From: Actinoplanes sp. NPDC023714
GTDB lineage: Bacteria; Actinomycetota; Actinomycetes; Mycobacteriales; Micromonosporaceae
Reading direction: 5' to 3'
NCBI RefSeq assembly: GCF_040639855.1
Contig: NZ_JBFAAR010000002.1
Span: 1,287,026-1,311,025, forward strand
Length of the DNA: 24,000 bases
A program made the translations under genes and the position numbers. The notes beneath the pieces were generated by a model that searched no databases, was not told the origin of the DNA, and worked only from the letters and a program-made list of their open reading frames with translations. Below are positions 7,757 to 16,312 of this stretch, piece by piece; positions within the stretch are counted from its first letter, which is position 1, and the number at the start of each line of letters is the position of its first letter.

Positions 7757-7954
7757 TCAGGAAGCGATGTCACCACGAATCCTGGCCAGAGGGCAGCCGT
7801 AGCCGGCCACGATGGGCGCCGGCTCCTCGATGACGAGCAGGACGCCGGAGGCCGCGCCGGGCTCGTCGGAGGGCGCGGGCGGGTTGGCACCGCTGGCCAC
7901 GGCGATCGCCAGCAGTGCCGGCACCACGACCAGGGACAGCTTCGAGAGAGTCAT
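7757..7954 (-). CDS. Small hypothetical secreted protein (65 aa)
   Basis: The ATG start is followed by a signal-peptide-like N-terminus, MTLSKLSLVVVPALLAIAVA|SG. By my count 57 of 65 codons end in G or C, which is coding-like for this genome. The RBS is weak and I recognise no homology. Confidence 0.35.
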   Translation of the reverse strand: MTLSKLSLVVVPALLAIAVASGANPPAPSDEPGAASGVLLVIEEPAPIVAGYGCPLARIRGDIAS

Positions 7955-7982
7955 GCTCGCCGGTCCGTTCCGGGCTGTTGTC

Positions 7983-8014
7983 CCACCGGCCGGGCAGGCC
8001 CGCCCGGCCGGTGG
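7983..8014 (-). terminator. Strong GC hairpin downstream of the alcohol dehydrogenase gene
   Basis: A perfect 13-bp inverted repeat, ccaccggccgggc (7983-7995) and gcccggccggtgg (8002-8014), flanks a 6-nt loop. It lies 61-92 nt past the ADH stop codon on the minus strand. There is no U-tract, which is common in high-GC actinomycetes. Confidence 0.5.
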
Positions 8015-8074
8015 TGGTCGAGTTGATCGAGCTGAGGTTAGACAGGCGTAGCGAAAGAGGACCGAAAGGCGACC

Positions 8075-9100
8075 TCAGAACGCGATGAGCGCCTTCAGGA
8101 TCTCGCGGTCGTCCATGGCGCGGTAGGCGTCCGGGACCTCGTCGAGGGTGACCGTGCGGTCGAAGACCTTGCCGGGATCGACGGTGCCGTCGAGGATGGC
8201 GGGCAGCAGCTCGGCGATGTAGGCGCGGACCGGCGCCGGACCGCCGTTGAGGGTGATGTTGCGGCCGAACAGGCTGGCGAACCCGACCGGCGCCTCCTCG
8301 TACTGCGGGACGCCGACCCTGCTGATCACGCCGCCGCCGCGGACGACGCCGACGGCCTGGTCGTAGGCGGGCCGGTGGCCGACCGCCTCGAGGACCTTGT
8401 GGGCGCCGCCGCCGGTGAGCTCGCGCACGAGAGCGATGCCCTCGTCGCCGCGCTCGGCCACGACATCGGTCGCCCCGAATTCACGACCCAGATCGGTACG
8501 GGTCTTGTGCCGGCCCATCAGGATGATCCGCTCGGCGCCGAGCTGCCGAGCCGACAGCACGGCGAGCAGCCCGACCGCCCCGTCGCCGATCACCGCGACG
8601 GTGTCGCCGGCGGTCACCTTCGCCATCTTGGCGGCGTGGTAGCCGGTGCCGTACACGTCGGCCAGGGTCAGCAGCGAGGGCAGCAGGGCGGTGTCGACGC
8701 CGGCCGGCAGCTTGTAGAGGGTGCCGTCGGCGAGCGGCACCCGGATCAGCTCGGCCTGGGCGGCGCTGAAGAATCCGGCCTCCGGGTGCGAACAGGCGGT
8801 CTGGAACCCGGCCCGGCAGAACTCGCAGGTGTCGTCCTGGTACGAGAACGACGCGACGACCAGGTCACCGGCCCGCACGGAGGAGACCTGCGGGCCGGTC
8901 TCCTCGACGACGCCGAGGAACTCGTGGCCCATCGGCATGCCCCGCTCCTGCTCGGGCAGGCCGTGGTAGGGGTGCAGGTCGCTGCCGCAGACGCAGGCCC
9001 GCACGATCCGTACGATCGCGTCGGTCGGCTTCCGCACGGCCGGGTCGGCGACGGTCTCGACGCGGACGTCGCCGGCACGGTACATCAGGGTGGCGCGCAT
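8075..9100 (-). CDS. Zinc-dependent alcohol dehydrogenase family protein (MDR)
   Basis: ATG at 9100 is preceded by AGGAGA, and the N-terminus MRATLMYRAGDVRVE is typical. Zinc ligand motifs are VCGSDLH, GHEFLGVVEE and DDTCEFCRAGFQTAC. The Rossmann motif is VAVIGDGAVGL. The 39-codon upstream extension in the track ORF is Arg/Pro-rich and was rejected. Confidence 0.85.
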   Translation of the reverse strand: MRATLMYRAGDVRVETVADPAVRKPTDAIVRIVRACVCGSDLHPYHGLPEQERGMPMGHEFLGVVEETGPQVSSVRAGDLVVASFSYQDDTCEFCRAGFQTACSHPEAGFFSAAQAELIRVPLADGTLYKLPAGVDTALLPSLLTLADVYGTGYHAAKMAKVTAGDTVAVIGDGAVGLLAVLSARQLGAERIILMGRHKTRTDLGREFGATDVVAERGDEGIALVRELTGGGAHKVLEAVGHRPAYDQAVGVVRGGGVISRVGVPQYEEAPVGFASLFGRNITLNGGPAPVRAYIAELLPAILDGTVDPGKVFDRTVTLDEVPDAYRAMDDREILKALIAF

Positions 9101-9213
9101 TTTTCGATCTCCTGGGTGACGCGGGGTGGTGCGTGCCTTCCATGAAAGCGCCCGCCGGCCGCGGGTACGAGGCACTGATGAGGCAGGTACCGGCAGGGCA
9201 CCCCTCGCCGGCG

Positions 9214-10713
9214 TCACCGGCCGGCGCCGGACTGCCCGCCTCCCACCAGCTCCAGCAGCTCGGCGGAGAGGGCCGCCAGGTGCGCGGCGGTCTGCCGGGT
9301 CTGCACCGCGCTGCTCTCGGTATCCCGCGACATCCGGGCGGTGTCCGAAGCGGCGACGTTGACCTGCTCGACGGCGGTGGTCTGCTGCTTCGTGGACAGC
9401 TCGATCTCGCGGGTGGCGTCGTTGGTGGTGGCGACGAGCCCGGCGATCGTCCGGAACGCCGTGGTGGCGTCGTCGAAGGTGCGGGAGCCTGCGTCGACCG
9501 CCTTCGCGCCGGTCTCGGTCGCCATCACGGTGGTGTCGACCGCGCCCCGCACGTCGTCGATGAGCGCGCGGATCTCCTTGGCCGAGGCCGCGGTGCGGTC
9601 GGCGAGCTTGCGGATCTCCTCGGCCACGACGGTGAACCGGCGGCCCTGCTCGCCGGCGCCGGTCGCCTCGATCGTGGCGTTGATGGCGAGGATGTTGGTC
9701 TGCTCGGCCAGTTCCGCGACGAGCCCGACGACCGCGCCGATCTGCTGGGACTTGTCGCCGAGCGCGACCATGTGCCGCACGATCTGGTCGACCTGGTCGC
9801 GGATGAGCGCGATCGAGGCGCGGGTCTGGTTGATCGTGGCGTCGCCTCGCAGCGCCGCCGACTCGGTGTCCTGGGCGGTGCGGGAGACGCGCTGGGCGTT
9901 GTCCGCGATCTGCCGTGAGGTGATCAGCAGTTCGCTGATCGTCGTATTGATCTCGGTGGTCGCGGTGGCCTGGTCACGGCCGCCCTCGGCCTGCTGGGTG
10001 GCGGCGACCTCCAGTTGCGCGGACGAGCTCTGGATGTGCCCGACCGCGGCGCCGATCTGCCGGCGCAGGGCCCGGTTGAGCCGGTGGGCGATCGCGGCGC
10101 CGCAGCCGAACGCGAGCACGCCCAGGGCGACGATGGCGGCGATGGCCTGGTCGGCGCGGTCGGCGGCGTGCTCGTTGAGGCCCTCGACGTCGGCGCGCAG
10201 GCGGACGACCAGGGCGGTGTTGGCGTCCTGCACGGCCTGCCGGGCGGTGATCAGCTCACCGGTGAGGAGCTGGGCGATCTGGGTGAGGTCACGCATCGAC
10301 CGCCGCCGGTCCAGCAACGGCGTCAGCACCGCCGTGTACCGCTCCTCCGCCGCGGCGACGTCGTCGAGCAGCCGCCGCACCCGCGGGTCGTCGAGGGTGT
10401 CGCGAAGCCGGGCCACCTGGTCGAGGAAGTCCCCGCGATCCCGCAGGGACTGGTCCAGGTCGGCCCGGCTGCCGGTGATCAGGTAGCCGCGGGCGCTGGC
10501 GCCGCGGCTCTCCATGGCCGTGTTCAGCCGCTGCGCGCCGAGCAGGCTGCCGGTCGACGCGACGACCGCGGTGTTGTTGCCACGCACCACGAAGATCAAC
10601 GCCGCGATCGAGGTGATCGCCATGATCAGGGTGAGCAGCAGCGTGAGGACGAACCCGGCCGTGAGCTTGGAGCCGAACGAGAGCCGGCTCAGATCGCGAC
10701 CGAAAAGGCGCAT
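9214..10713 (-). CDS. Methyl-accepting chemotaxis protein with a four-helix-bundle/CHASE3-like sensor; no recognisable HAMP domain
   Basis: TM1 is [23 protein letters not shown] and TM2 is [20 protein letters not shown]. The conserved signalling hairpin is [40 protein letters not shown]. Candidate methylation or deamidation pairs are ATQQAEG and STKQQT. There is no C-terminal NWETF-type pentapeptide. Confidence 0.9.
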   Translation of the reverse strand: MRLFGRDLSRLSFGSKLTAGFVLTLLLTLIMAITSIAALIFVVRGNNTAVVASTGSLLGAQRLNTAMESRGASARGYLITGSRADLDQSLRDRGDFLDQVARLRDTLDDPRVRRLLDDVAAAEERYTAVLTPLLDRRRSMRDLTQIAQLLTGELITARQAVQDANTALVVRLRADVEGLNEHAADRADQAIAAIVALGVLAFGCGAAIAHRLNRALRRQIGAAVGHIQSSSAQLEVAATQQAEGGRDQATATTEINTTISELLITSRQIADNAQRVSRTAQDTESAALRGDATINQTRASIALIRDQVDQIVRHMVALGDKSQQIGAVVGLVAELAEQTNILAINATIEATGAGEQGRRFTVVAEEIRKLADRTAASAKEIRALIDDVRGAVDTTVMATETGAKAVDAGSRTFDDATTAFRTIAGLVATTNDATREIELSTKQQTTAVEQVNVAASDTARMSRDTESSAVQTRQTAAHLAALSAELLELVGGGQSGAGR

Positions 10714-10722
10714 GTAAACATC

Positions 10723-11760
10723 TTATACCGATTCACCCGATTCGAGGGCCGACAGCACGAACGAGAACCGGGCGACGTGGTCCCCCCAGTACCGGAACGC
10801 GCTCAGATCGGGCAGCTCCACGAGTTCCGCGCTGCCCCGGGCGGCCCGGACCAGACCGGACCACTCGGCCCGCTCCCTCTCGTCGAGCCGCGCGCTCACG
10901 GCGTTCTGCCACCGGCCGTCCTTCTCCTTCGGCTCGAAGCCGTCCAGGAACCGCGCCCAGGTCGTGCCGGCGGGCAGATCGCGCAGCATCTCGCCGAGGC
11001 GGTGCGGGTACGCGGTGAGCAGCCCCAGCAGCACCGCGGCGGCCTGGTACTGGCCCGGCTCCGCGGCGTTGCCGAGGAAGCGGGACACTCCTCCCGGTCC
11101 TCGGGGGCCGGTGCGGCCAGGCTGTCGACGAGGGAGCCGAACGTGTCCGGTGTCATGGCCGGGAGCACGAACGGGATGTTGAAGATCTTCGACGACCACG
11201 ACGAACAGGTCGAGGGCGAGCAGCAGATGCACCGCCTGCAGCACCTCGACGACCTGTTCCGGCGAGCAACGATCGAGGTCGTCGATGTAGAGCACGATGC
11301 GGTCGACGGGCCGGCGCGCGTCGTCGTCCGGCGTGCTCCGCCAGTCGTCCATGAGCTTGATGAGCTGCTGGAAGTCCCTGCGGATCGTCGAGATGAGCCC
11401 GAGCCGGCTGCGGTAGTCGCCGCTCGCGGCGCGTTCGCTGAGGAACCGGTACAACCGCTGGCCCGGGTTGACGTCGACGAGCTCGCGGCCGAGCTCGCCG
11501 GCGCGGGCCAGCACCTCGTCGAGCTGGGCCTCGATCACCTTGCGGCGGGCGTCGGCCCGGCGGACGGCGTCGATCTCCGCGGCGAACCCCTCCTCGGCGT
11601 TCCGCTCGATCCGGGCGTTGATCCGGGCGGCCTCGGCGCCGATCGTCCGCAACGCGGCCCCGGCCCGGCGACCGGCGGCAGCGGCGACGGCGGCGCCCGC
11701 CACCAGGGTCGCCACGCCCGCGCCGCCGAGCCATCTCGTCCCGATGCTGCACCCGGCCAC
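10723..11760 (-). pseudogene. KAP-family P-loop NTPase relic: N-terminally truncated, with an internal deletion and frame switches
   Basis: The frame of the 345-aa ORF contains one TM segment and the KAP Walker-B region RIVLYIDDLDRCSPEQVVEVLQAVHLLLALDLFVVVV. The next expected conserved block, KIFNIPFVLPAMTPDTFGSLVDSL, is in a different frame (about nt 11189-11088; the frame of track ORF 10896-11168). A KAP-like C-terminus (AAVLLGLLTAYP...WGDHVARFSF) then resumes in the first frame. There is no Walker A (GxxGxGKS) anywhere; the frame is closed by TAG at 11815-11817, just beside the GH13 gene. Confidence 0.6.
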
Positions 11761-11792
11761 CGTCCGGGCCGGTCCTTCTGTCGCGCACCGGA

Positions 11793-11821
11793 TTGACGGC
11801 GCACAGGCGCGGTCCTAAGCC
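11793..11821 (+). promoter_or_regulatory. Candidate sigma70-type promoter giving a leaderless GH13 transcript
   Basis: TTGACG (11793-11798) and TAAGCC (11816-11821) are separated by a 17-nt spacer. The -10 element ends 6 nt before the ATG at 11828. The whole divergent intergenic region is only 67 nt. Confidence 0.3.
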
Positions 11822-11827
11822 GGAGCA

Positions 11828-13810
11828 ATGGAGCCCGACCTCTTCGTACGCCGCCACACCGACTTCGTCCTGTGGCGCCCCCGGATCACCACGCCGCCGC
11901 CCCGCCTGGTGATCGGCACGTTCACCGCCGGCAATCCGCCCGGCCTGGCGGGCCGCAACGAGATCCCGCTGCTGCCCGACGGCGACCTCTGGTCGATCCC
12001 GGCCACCGACTGCGGCCTGACCGACGGCACGGTCTACCACTACTGGTTCGAGATCACCGACAGCTGCCCCTACGGCCACGGCGGCCGCCTGCTGCGCACC
12101 GACCCGTTCGCCACCACCGTGGACTGGCGGCTGCTGTCACCCCGGCTCGCCCCGCCCTATCACGGCGACGACCGCTGGCCCGCCGCCGTCCTGAAGTGGC
12201 GCGACGGCGAGCTGCGGACCTGCGACCCGGACGGCGCCGAGCCGCCGCCGGTGCGTCCCGGCCGGAACCTGCCGCCGAACCACCGGACCGTCTACTACAA
12301 GCTGCCCACCACCTGGGCGCGGAGGTCGGCCGAAGGCGGCGTGGAGCTCGCTGTCGGCTCCTTCGCCGACGTGCTCGCGCTGGTCGACGCCGACGCCGCG
12401 CCGGTGAATCTGCGGGGTGTCGCCGCGCTCGAGCCGGGCCGCGCGCACCTGCGGGAGTTGGGCGTCACCACGCTGGAGCTCACGCCGGCCGCGGACACCT
12501 GGGTGACCCGCGAATGGGGCTACTCGACGAGCCACTACACCGCCCCCGACCACGACCTCGGGCTCACCGGCCAGTCGACGTCGCCGGCCGCCCAGCGCAC
12601 CCTCGCCGACCTGGTGAACGGCTGCCACGACGCGGGCATCCGGTTCGGCTACGACGCGGTGATGGCGTTCGCCCAGCGCGATCCCTACCGTGAGATCAAC
12701 TTCTTGGACTTCCACGTGCGGCACGACGCCGGCGATCCGGAGGAGCAGGGCCGCGACGGCTTCGGCGGCGACCTGTTCAAATACAACTTCCGGACCGACG
12801 GTTACGACCCGGTGGAGGGCAAGGAGGGTCCGCTGCGGCCGGCCCGCCAGTTCCACAAGACCGCCATCGCCCACTGGATCCTGCAGCACGGTGTCGACTC
12901 CATCAGGATCGACAGCGTCAACAACGTCGGCAGCTGGGACTTCATAGAGCAATTCACCGGGTACGCCCGGAGCCTGCACCGGCAGCGAACGCCGGACGCG
13001 AGCGAGGACCGTTTCCTGGTGGTCGGCGAGGAGTTGGCCGTACCCGTGGATCTCGTGCGACAGAACCGGCTGGACGCCCTCTGGAACGAGCGCTTCCTCT
13101 ATCTGCTGCGCAGCGCGCTGCTCGGCCGCGCCGAGGAACAGACCGGCTCGTTCGAGGAGACGGTCCGCCAGATGATCGACTGCCGGCGGCTGGGTTTCAC
13201 CGACGGCAGCCAGGCGGTCCTCTACGCCACCTCCCACGACGTGCAGGGCCTGCACAAGGAACGCCTCTTCCGGTTCTTCAACAACAACGGCGTGTGGCAG
13301 ACCGAGCAGCGCATCAAGCTCGCCTTCGTCTGCCTGCTCACCGCCGTCGGCATCCCGATGATCCTGGCCGGCGAGGAGTTCGCCGACGACCACGACCTGC
13401 CGATCCGCCACCCCGAGAAACAGACCGACCCGGTCAACTACGACCGCCTCGCCGACCCGTGGCGCCGCCGCGTCTTCGACCACGTGGCCCGCCTGGTGCG
13501 CCTGCGCCATGAGGCCGAAGCCCTCTCCGTCAACGACACCCGTTTCCTGCACACCGACTTCACCGGCGGCCGCCGCGTCCTGGTCTGGCAGCGCGGCCGC
13601 TCCGCCGACACCCCGGTCGTCGTGATCGCCAACTTCTCCGACTGGAGCCAGGGCCCGGGCGACGAGTACGTGGTGCCGGGCTGGCCCGCGACGCCGCCGG
13701 GGCAGCGATGGCGCGAGGTCACCCAGGATCGTGTGGTGCCGCCGGAGTGGGCCGGGCGCGAGTGGCTGCCCCGTTGGGCAGCGATGGTCTACACCCTGGA
13801 ACCGGCCTGA
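11828..13810 (+). CDS. Cytoplasmic GH13 (alpha-amylase family) glycoside hydrolase with an N-terminal E-set/CBM48-like domain
   Basis: The N-terminal FVLWRPR...GDLWSIPA...GTVYHYWFEI resembles the N-domain of branching or debranching enzymes. Region II is GVDSIRIDSVNNV (Asp at 12911-12913). Region III is VVGEE (Glu at 13028-13030). Region IV is YATSHD (13223-13240). There is no signal peptide. Confidence 0.85.
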   Translation: MEPDLFVRRHTDFVLWRPRITTPPPRLVIGTFTAGNPPGLAGRNEIPLLPDGDLWSIPATDCGLTDGTVYHYWFEITDSCPYGHGGRLLRTDPFATTVDWRLLSPRLAPPYHGDDRWPAAVLKWRDGELRTCDPDGAEPPPVRPGRNLPPNHRTVYYKLPTTWARRSAEGGVELAVGSFADVLALVDADAAPVNLRGVAALEPGRAHLRELGVTTLELTPAADTWVTREWGYSTSHYTAPDHDLGLTGQSTSPAAQRTLADLVNGCHDAGIRFGYDAVMAFAQRDPYREINFLDFHVRHDAGDPEEQGRDGFGGDLFKYNFRTDGYDPVEGKEGPLRPARQFHKTAIAHWILQHGVDSIRIDSVNNVGSWDFIEQFTGYARSLHRQRTPDASEDRFLVVGEELAVPVDLVRQNRLDALWNERFLYLLRSALLGRAEEQTGSFEETVRQMIDCRRLGFTDGSQAVLYATSHDVQGLHKERLFRFFNNNGVWQTEQRIKLAFVCLLTAVGIPMILAGEEFADDHDLPIRHPEKQTDPVNYDRLADPWRRRVFDHVARLVRLRHEAEALSVNDTRFLHTDFTGGRRVLVWQRGRSADTPVVVIANFSDWSQGPGDEYVVPGWPATPPGQRWREVTQDRVVPPEWAGREWLPRWAAMVYTLEPA

Positions 13811-13811
13811 T

Positions 13812-14984
13812 TCACCGTCGCCGCCACCGGCGCAACCTCCTGCGGCGCCGCGGTGCCGCCGTCCCGGAGGAGGTCGCCGATGCGCTGGTCGCCGGCTCGG
13901 CCTGGGTATCGAGGGACGGTGGCTTCGCCGAGGGCTGGGCCGGCTGCGCCTGCGGGTCCTTGCTGGGCAGCCGTTCCAGGATCTGTTGCGCCCGATCGTC
14001 GGCGACGCGGGTGACGAGCTGCTGGGCGATGCCGAACAGCACGGCGTACGCGAGGATCTGGCGCTGGCTGTCCAGCTCGCTCAGGCCGGGCACGAACTCG
14101 CCGGCCAGCAGCAGCATCCCGATGATGGCGCAGAGCGCGCCGGTCGGGACCTTGAGGATCGCCAGCGCGGTGGCCGTCGCGTACGGGGTCGAGGTGCCGC
14201 GCAGGTTGCGGATCGCGACGATGGCGCCGAGCAGGCCGCCGACCGCGCCCAGCCCGGCGACGATGGTGATGTCGGCCGAGGACGGCGGCCTCGGCACGTC
14301 CGCGCCGGCGAGGGTCTCGCCGCTGGGGCAGACGGTGGGCAGCACCGTCGTGGCGTCCGGCGGGCCCGCGCCGGTGACGTCCGGCATGAAGCACAGCGGG
14401 ATCGACGCGGGGAAGAGCGCCACCATGGTGATCAGGACCCCGGTGGCCAGGGCGATCGCCGCCGCGGTGAGCAGGACGATGTTGCGGAAGTCCCGGAGCC
14501 GCACGTACTCCTCGTCGGAGCCCTCGTACGCCGTCTCCATGGCCTGCTTCATCGCCGCCCGGTATTCCGGCTCGGGTGCCGCCTTCATCAGGCGTTGCTC
14601 GGCGTCCATCCGGCGCGGGTCGTTGCGGTCGAGCACCATCTGCAGGCGTGTCGTGACGTCCGGCACCAGGGCGTCGAGCTCGGGCTTGGTGAGCAGGTCG
14701 ACGAGGAACACCTTGGCGGCGTGCAGGTTGCGGTACGCCCGGTCCACGGAGGTTCCCCGCCACTTGTCACGCCAGCGCCGCCGGCGGCGGGCGCCGGCAC
14801 GCCGGCAGGCGTGGTGGGTGTGCCGGAGGTGAGCCTCGACGGCGCTCGCGCTCGCCGTCTCGGCGCCGGTCAGCGTGCGGGCTCGCGCCACGGTCACCCG
14901 GTGCAGCATCCGGTCGGCGTCGACGGAGGCCTGCACCGCCCACTGCTCGGGCCACAGGTCCTCGTGCGCGGCGGGCTGGTTCAT
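13812..14984 (-). CDS. Uncharacterised membrane protein with a helical cytoplasmic N-domain, 3-4 TM segments and a disordered Arg-rich tail
   Basis: ATG at 14984 is preceded by GGGAGG. The TM segments are NIVLLTAAAIALATGVLITMVALF, ITIVAGLGAVGGLLGAIVAI and ATALAILKVPTGALCAIIGMLLLAG, plus a shorter ILAYAVLFGIAQQLV. An extracytoplasmic loop carries 2 Cys. The C-terminal tail is Q/P/A/S-rich and ends RRRRRLRRWRRR. The 93-codon upstream extension in the track ORF was rejected as Arg/Pro/Gly-rich. Confidence 0.65.
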   Translation of the reverse strand: MNQPAAHEDLWPEQWAVQASVDADRMLHRVTVARARTLTGAETASASAVEAHLRHTHHACRRAGARRRRRWRDKWRGTSVDRAYRNLHAAKVFLVDLLTKPELDALVPDVTTRLQMVLDRNDPRRMDAEQRLMKAAPEPEYRAAMKQAMETAYEGSDEEYVRLRDFRNIVLLTAAAIALATGVLITMVALFPASIPLCFMPDVTGAGPPDATTVLPTVCPSGETLAGADVPRPPSSADITIVAGLGAVGGLLGAIVAIRNLRGTSTPYATATALAILKVPTGALCAIIGMLLLAGEFVPGLSELDSQRQILAYAVLFGIAQQLVTRVADDRAQQILERLPSKDPQAQPAQPSAKPPSLDTQAEPATSASATSSGTAAPRRRRRLRRWRRR

Positions 14985-15099
14985 CGGACCTCCCGATCTC
15001 CCCCACGCGCCCCGCCGGGGCACCGGCGGGCGCCCCTCCAGCACACCGCCCGCGAGGACCGGGCGTCTGTTCGGCTGCCGACCGGCGCCGTGTCGGCTT

Positions 15100-15609
15100 T
15101 CAGCCGGCCGGGGCGGGCAGCGTCTTGACGTAGTACACCAGCGTCCACGTCCAGGCCGGCCGATGCTCCCGGCCGGTCTCCCGGTAGCCCAGCGAGCGGT
15201 AGAACGCCATGGCCGCCGGCTGATTGGTGGCCGTGTCCAGATGCAGGAACCCGAGGCCGTCACCGGCCGCGCGCCTCTCCAACGCGGTCATCAGCTGCCG
15301 CCCGATGCCGCGCCGCCGGGCCGCCGGATGCACCCGCACGCGCAGCACCTCGGCGCCGCCGGCGGTATCCGGCCGGTAGCCGCCCATCCCGACGATGTGA
15401 CCGTCCAGCTCGGCCACGAGGAACTCTCCGCCCACATCGAGGAAGCAGGCGCCGACGTCGGCGAGATCGGGGAATGCGGCCGGCGCCTCGGTCGCGGCCG
15501 GCAGCGGGATGGGGACGGCGGGATCGGCCGTCTCGCCGATGTTCGGCAGGGCGTTCAACGCCCAGAGCACCCCGGTGTCGGCCTCACCGAATCTGCGTAC
15601 GATCACCAC
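15100..15609 (-). CDS. GNAT family N-acetyltransferase
   Basis: The acetyl-CoA binding motif is VRVHPAARRRGIGRQLMTALERRA (Q/RxxGxG/A), followed by AMAFYRSLGYRETG. The start is assigned to GTG at 15609 (or 15606) from typical GNAT length. The rest of the 433-aa track ORF is shadow sequence overlapping the next gene. Confidence 0.75.
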   Translation of the reverse strand: MVIVRRFGEADTGVLWALNALPNIGETADPAVPIPLPAATEAPAAFPDLADVGACFLDVGGEFLVAELDGHIVGMGGYRPDTAGGAEVLRVRVHPAARRRGIGRQLMTALERRAAGDGLGFLHLDTATNQPAAMAFYRSLGYRETGREHRPAWTWTLVYYVKTLPAPAG

Positions 15610-15716
15610 GCCACCGACCCTGCCCGGCGCCGGCACCGGCGCCAACCGGATTTCCCGGTGATCACGGGCAGTGCCGCCCCGGCTCGCCGAACGGGTCGAC
15701 GGGGTGCTGTTCGTGG

Positions 15717-16226
15717 TCACCGTCGCGCGGCGGCCCGCCCGTCCGGTTCCGGCTCGCCGCCGACAGGGTCGCCCCGCAGGAGCCGGACCGCGCGATCGGC
15801 GACGGCCGCGTCCACCTGCACGTCGTAACCATCGGCACGGATCTGACCGGGCACCGTGACCGAACGGCGGCCGCGCGTCAGCCCGTACCCGAGAAGCCCG
15901 GACGACGCACCGAGAACCGCGCCCATGACCGTCGACCACAGACTGACCCAGCCGTCGCCGGTCGCCGGCTCCAGCAGGCCGGCGCCGGACAGCAGACTCC
16001 CCACCAGCACACCGACGACGGCGCCGAGCAGCCCGCCCCGCCCCGCCACGTCCCGCGCCGACAGCCGGCCGGTGATCCGCCCCGGCTCCCGCAGCCCCCG
16101 GGCCACGACGACGACCTCGTCCTCCCGCAGCCCGCCGTCGGTCAGCCGCGAAGCCGCCCGCTGCGCGGTGCCGTGATCGGTCGCCGTCGCGACGACGCGC
16201 CGGATGGTGCCGAGGTCCGATGCCAT
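15717..16226 (-). CDS. YflT / general-stress-protein-17M-like domain membrane protein
   Basis: ATG at 16226 is preceded by GAGGAG. An N-terminal soluble domain (VATATDHGTAQRAASRLTDGGLREDEVVVVARGLR) is followed by Gly-rich TM segments (GGLLGAVVGVLVGSLLSGAGLL and LWSTVMGAVLGASSGLLGYGL). The C-terminal ADGYDVQVD...A.RAVRLL is typical of this actinobacterial family as I remember it. Confidence 0.6.
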   Translation of the reverse strand: MASDLGTIRRVVATATDHGTAQRAASRLTDGGLREDEVVVVARGLREPGRITGRLSARDVAGRGGLLGAVVGVLVGSLLSGAGLLEPATGDGWVSLWSTVMGAVLGASSGLLGYGLTRGRRSVTVPGQIRADGYDVQVDAAVADRAVRLLRGDPVGGEPEPDGRAAARR

Positions 16227-16312
16227 GGGTACGCTCCTCACGTCCGCCGTTGCCGTGCATCCGACGGTGACGCGCGGATTTCCCGGCGAGCATGCGGCGG
16301 GATGACGAGTCC

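Noticed and set aside
2474-10713. The idea that the CheB-like gene and the MCP define a chemotaxis operon.
   Set aside because: The two genes are 6 kb apart on opposite strands, with unrelated genes between them. No cheA, cheW, cheR or cheY is in the window. They are reported only as scattered chemotaxis-type components.
10015-11796. A 593-aa plus-strand ORF. Other long ORFs of the same kind are 4865-6412 (+), 12137-13552 (-), 13731-15128 (+), 6815-8026 (+), 11153-12079 (-), 15474-16316 (+) and the first about 490 codons of 16981-18960 (+).
   Set aside because: All are antisense to, or frame-shifted against, genes with clear family signatures. All have the Arg/Gly/Pro/Ala-dominated composition of GC-driven shadow ORFs.
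14985-15263. A 93-codon N-terminal extension of the membrane protein ORF. A similar 39-codon extension of the ADH ORF lies at 9101-9217.
   Set aside because: Both extensions are Arg/Pro/Gly/Trp-rich and overlap neighbouring genes. Internal ATGs at 14984 and 9100 have strong RBS sequences (GGGAGG and AGGAGA) and give typical N-termini.
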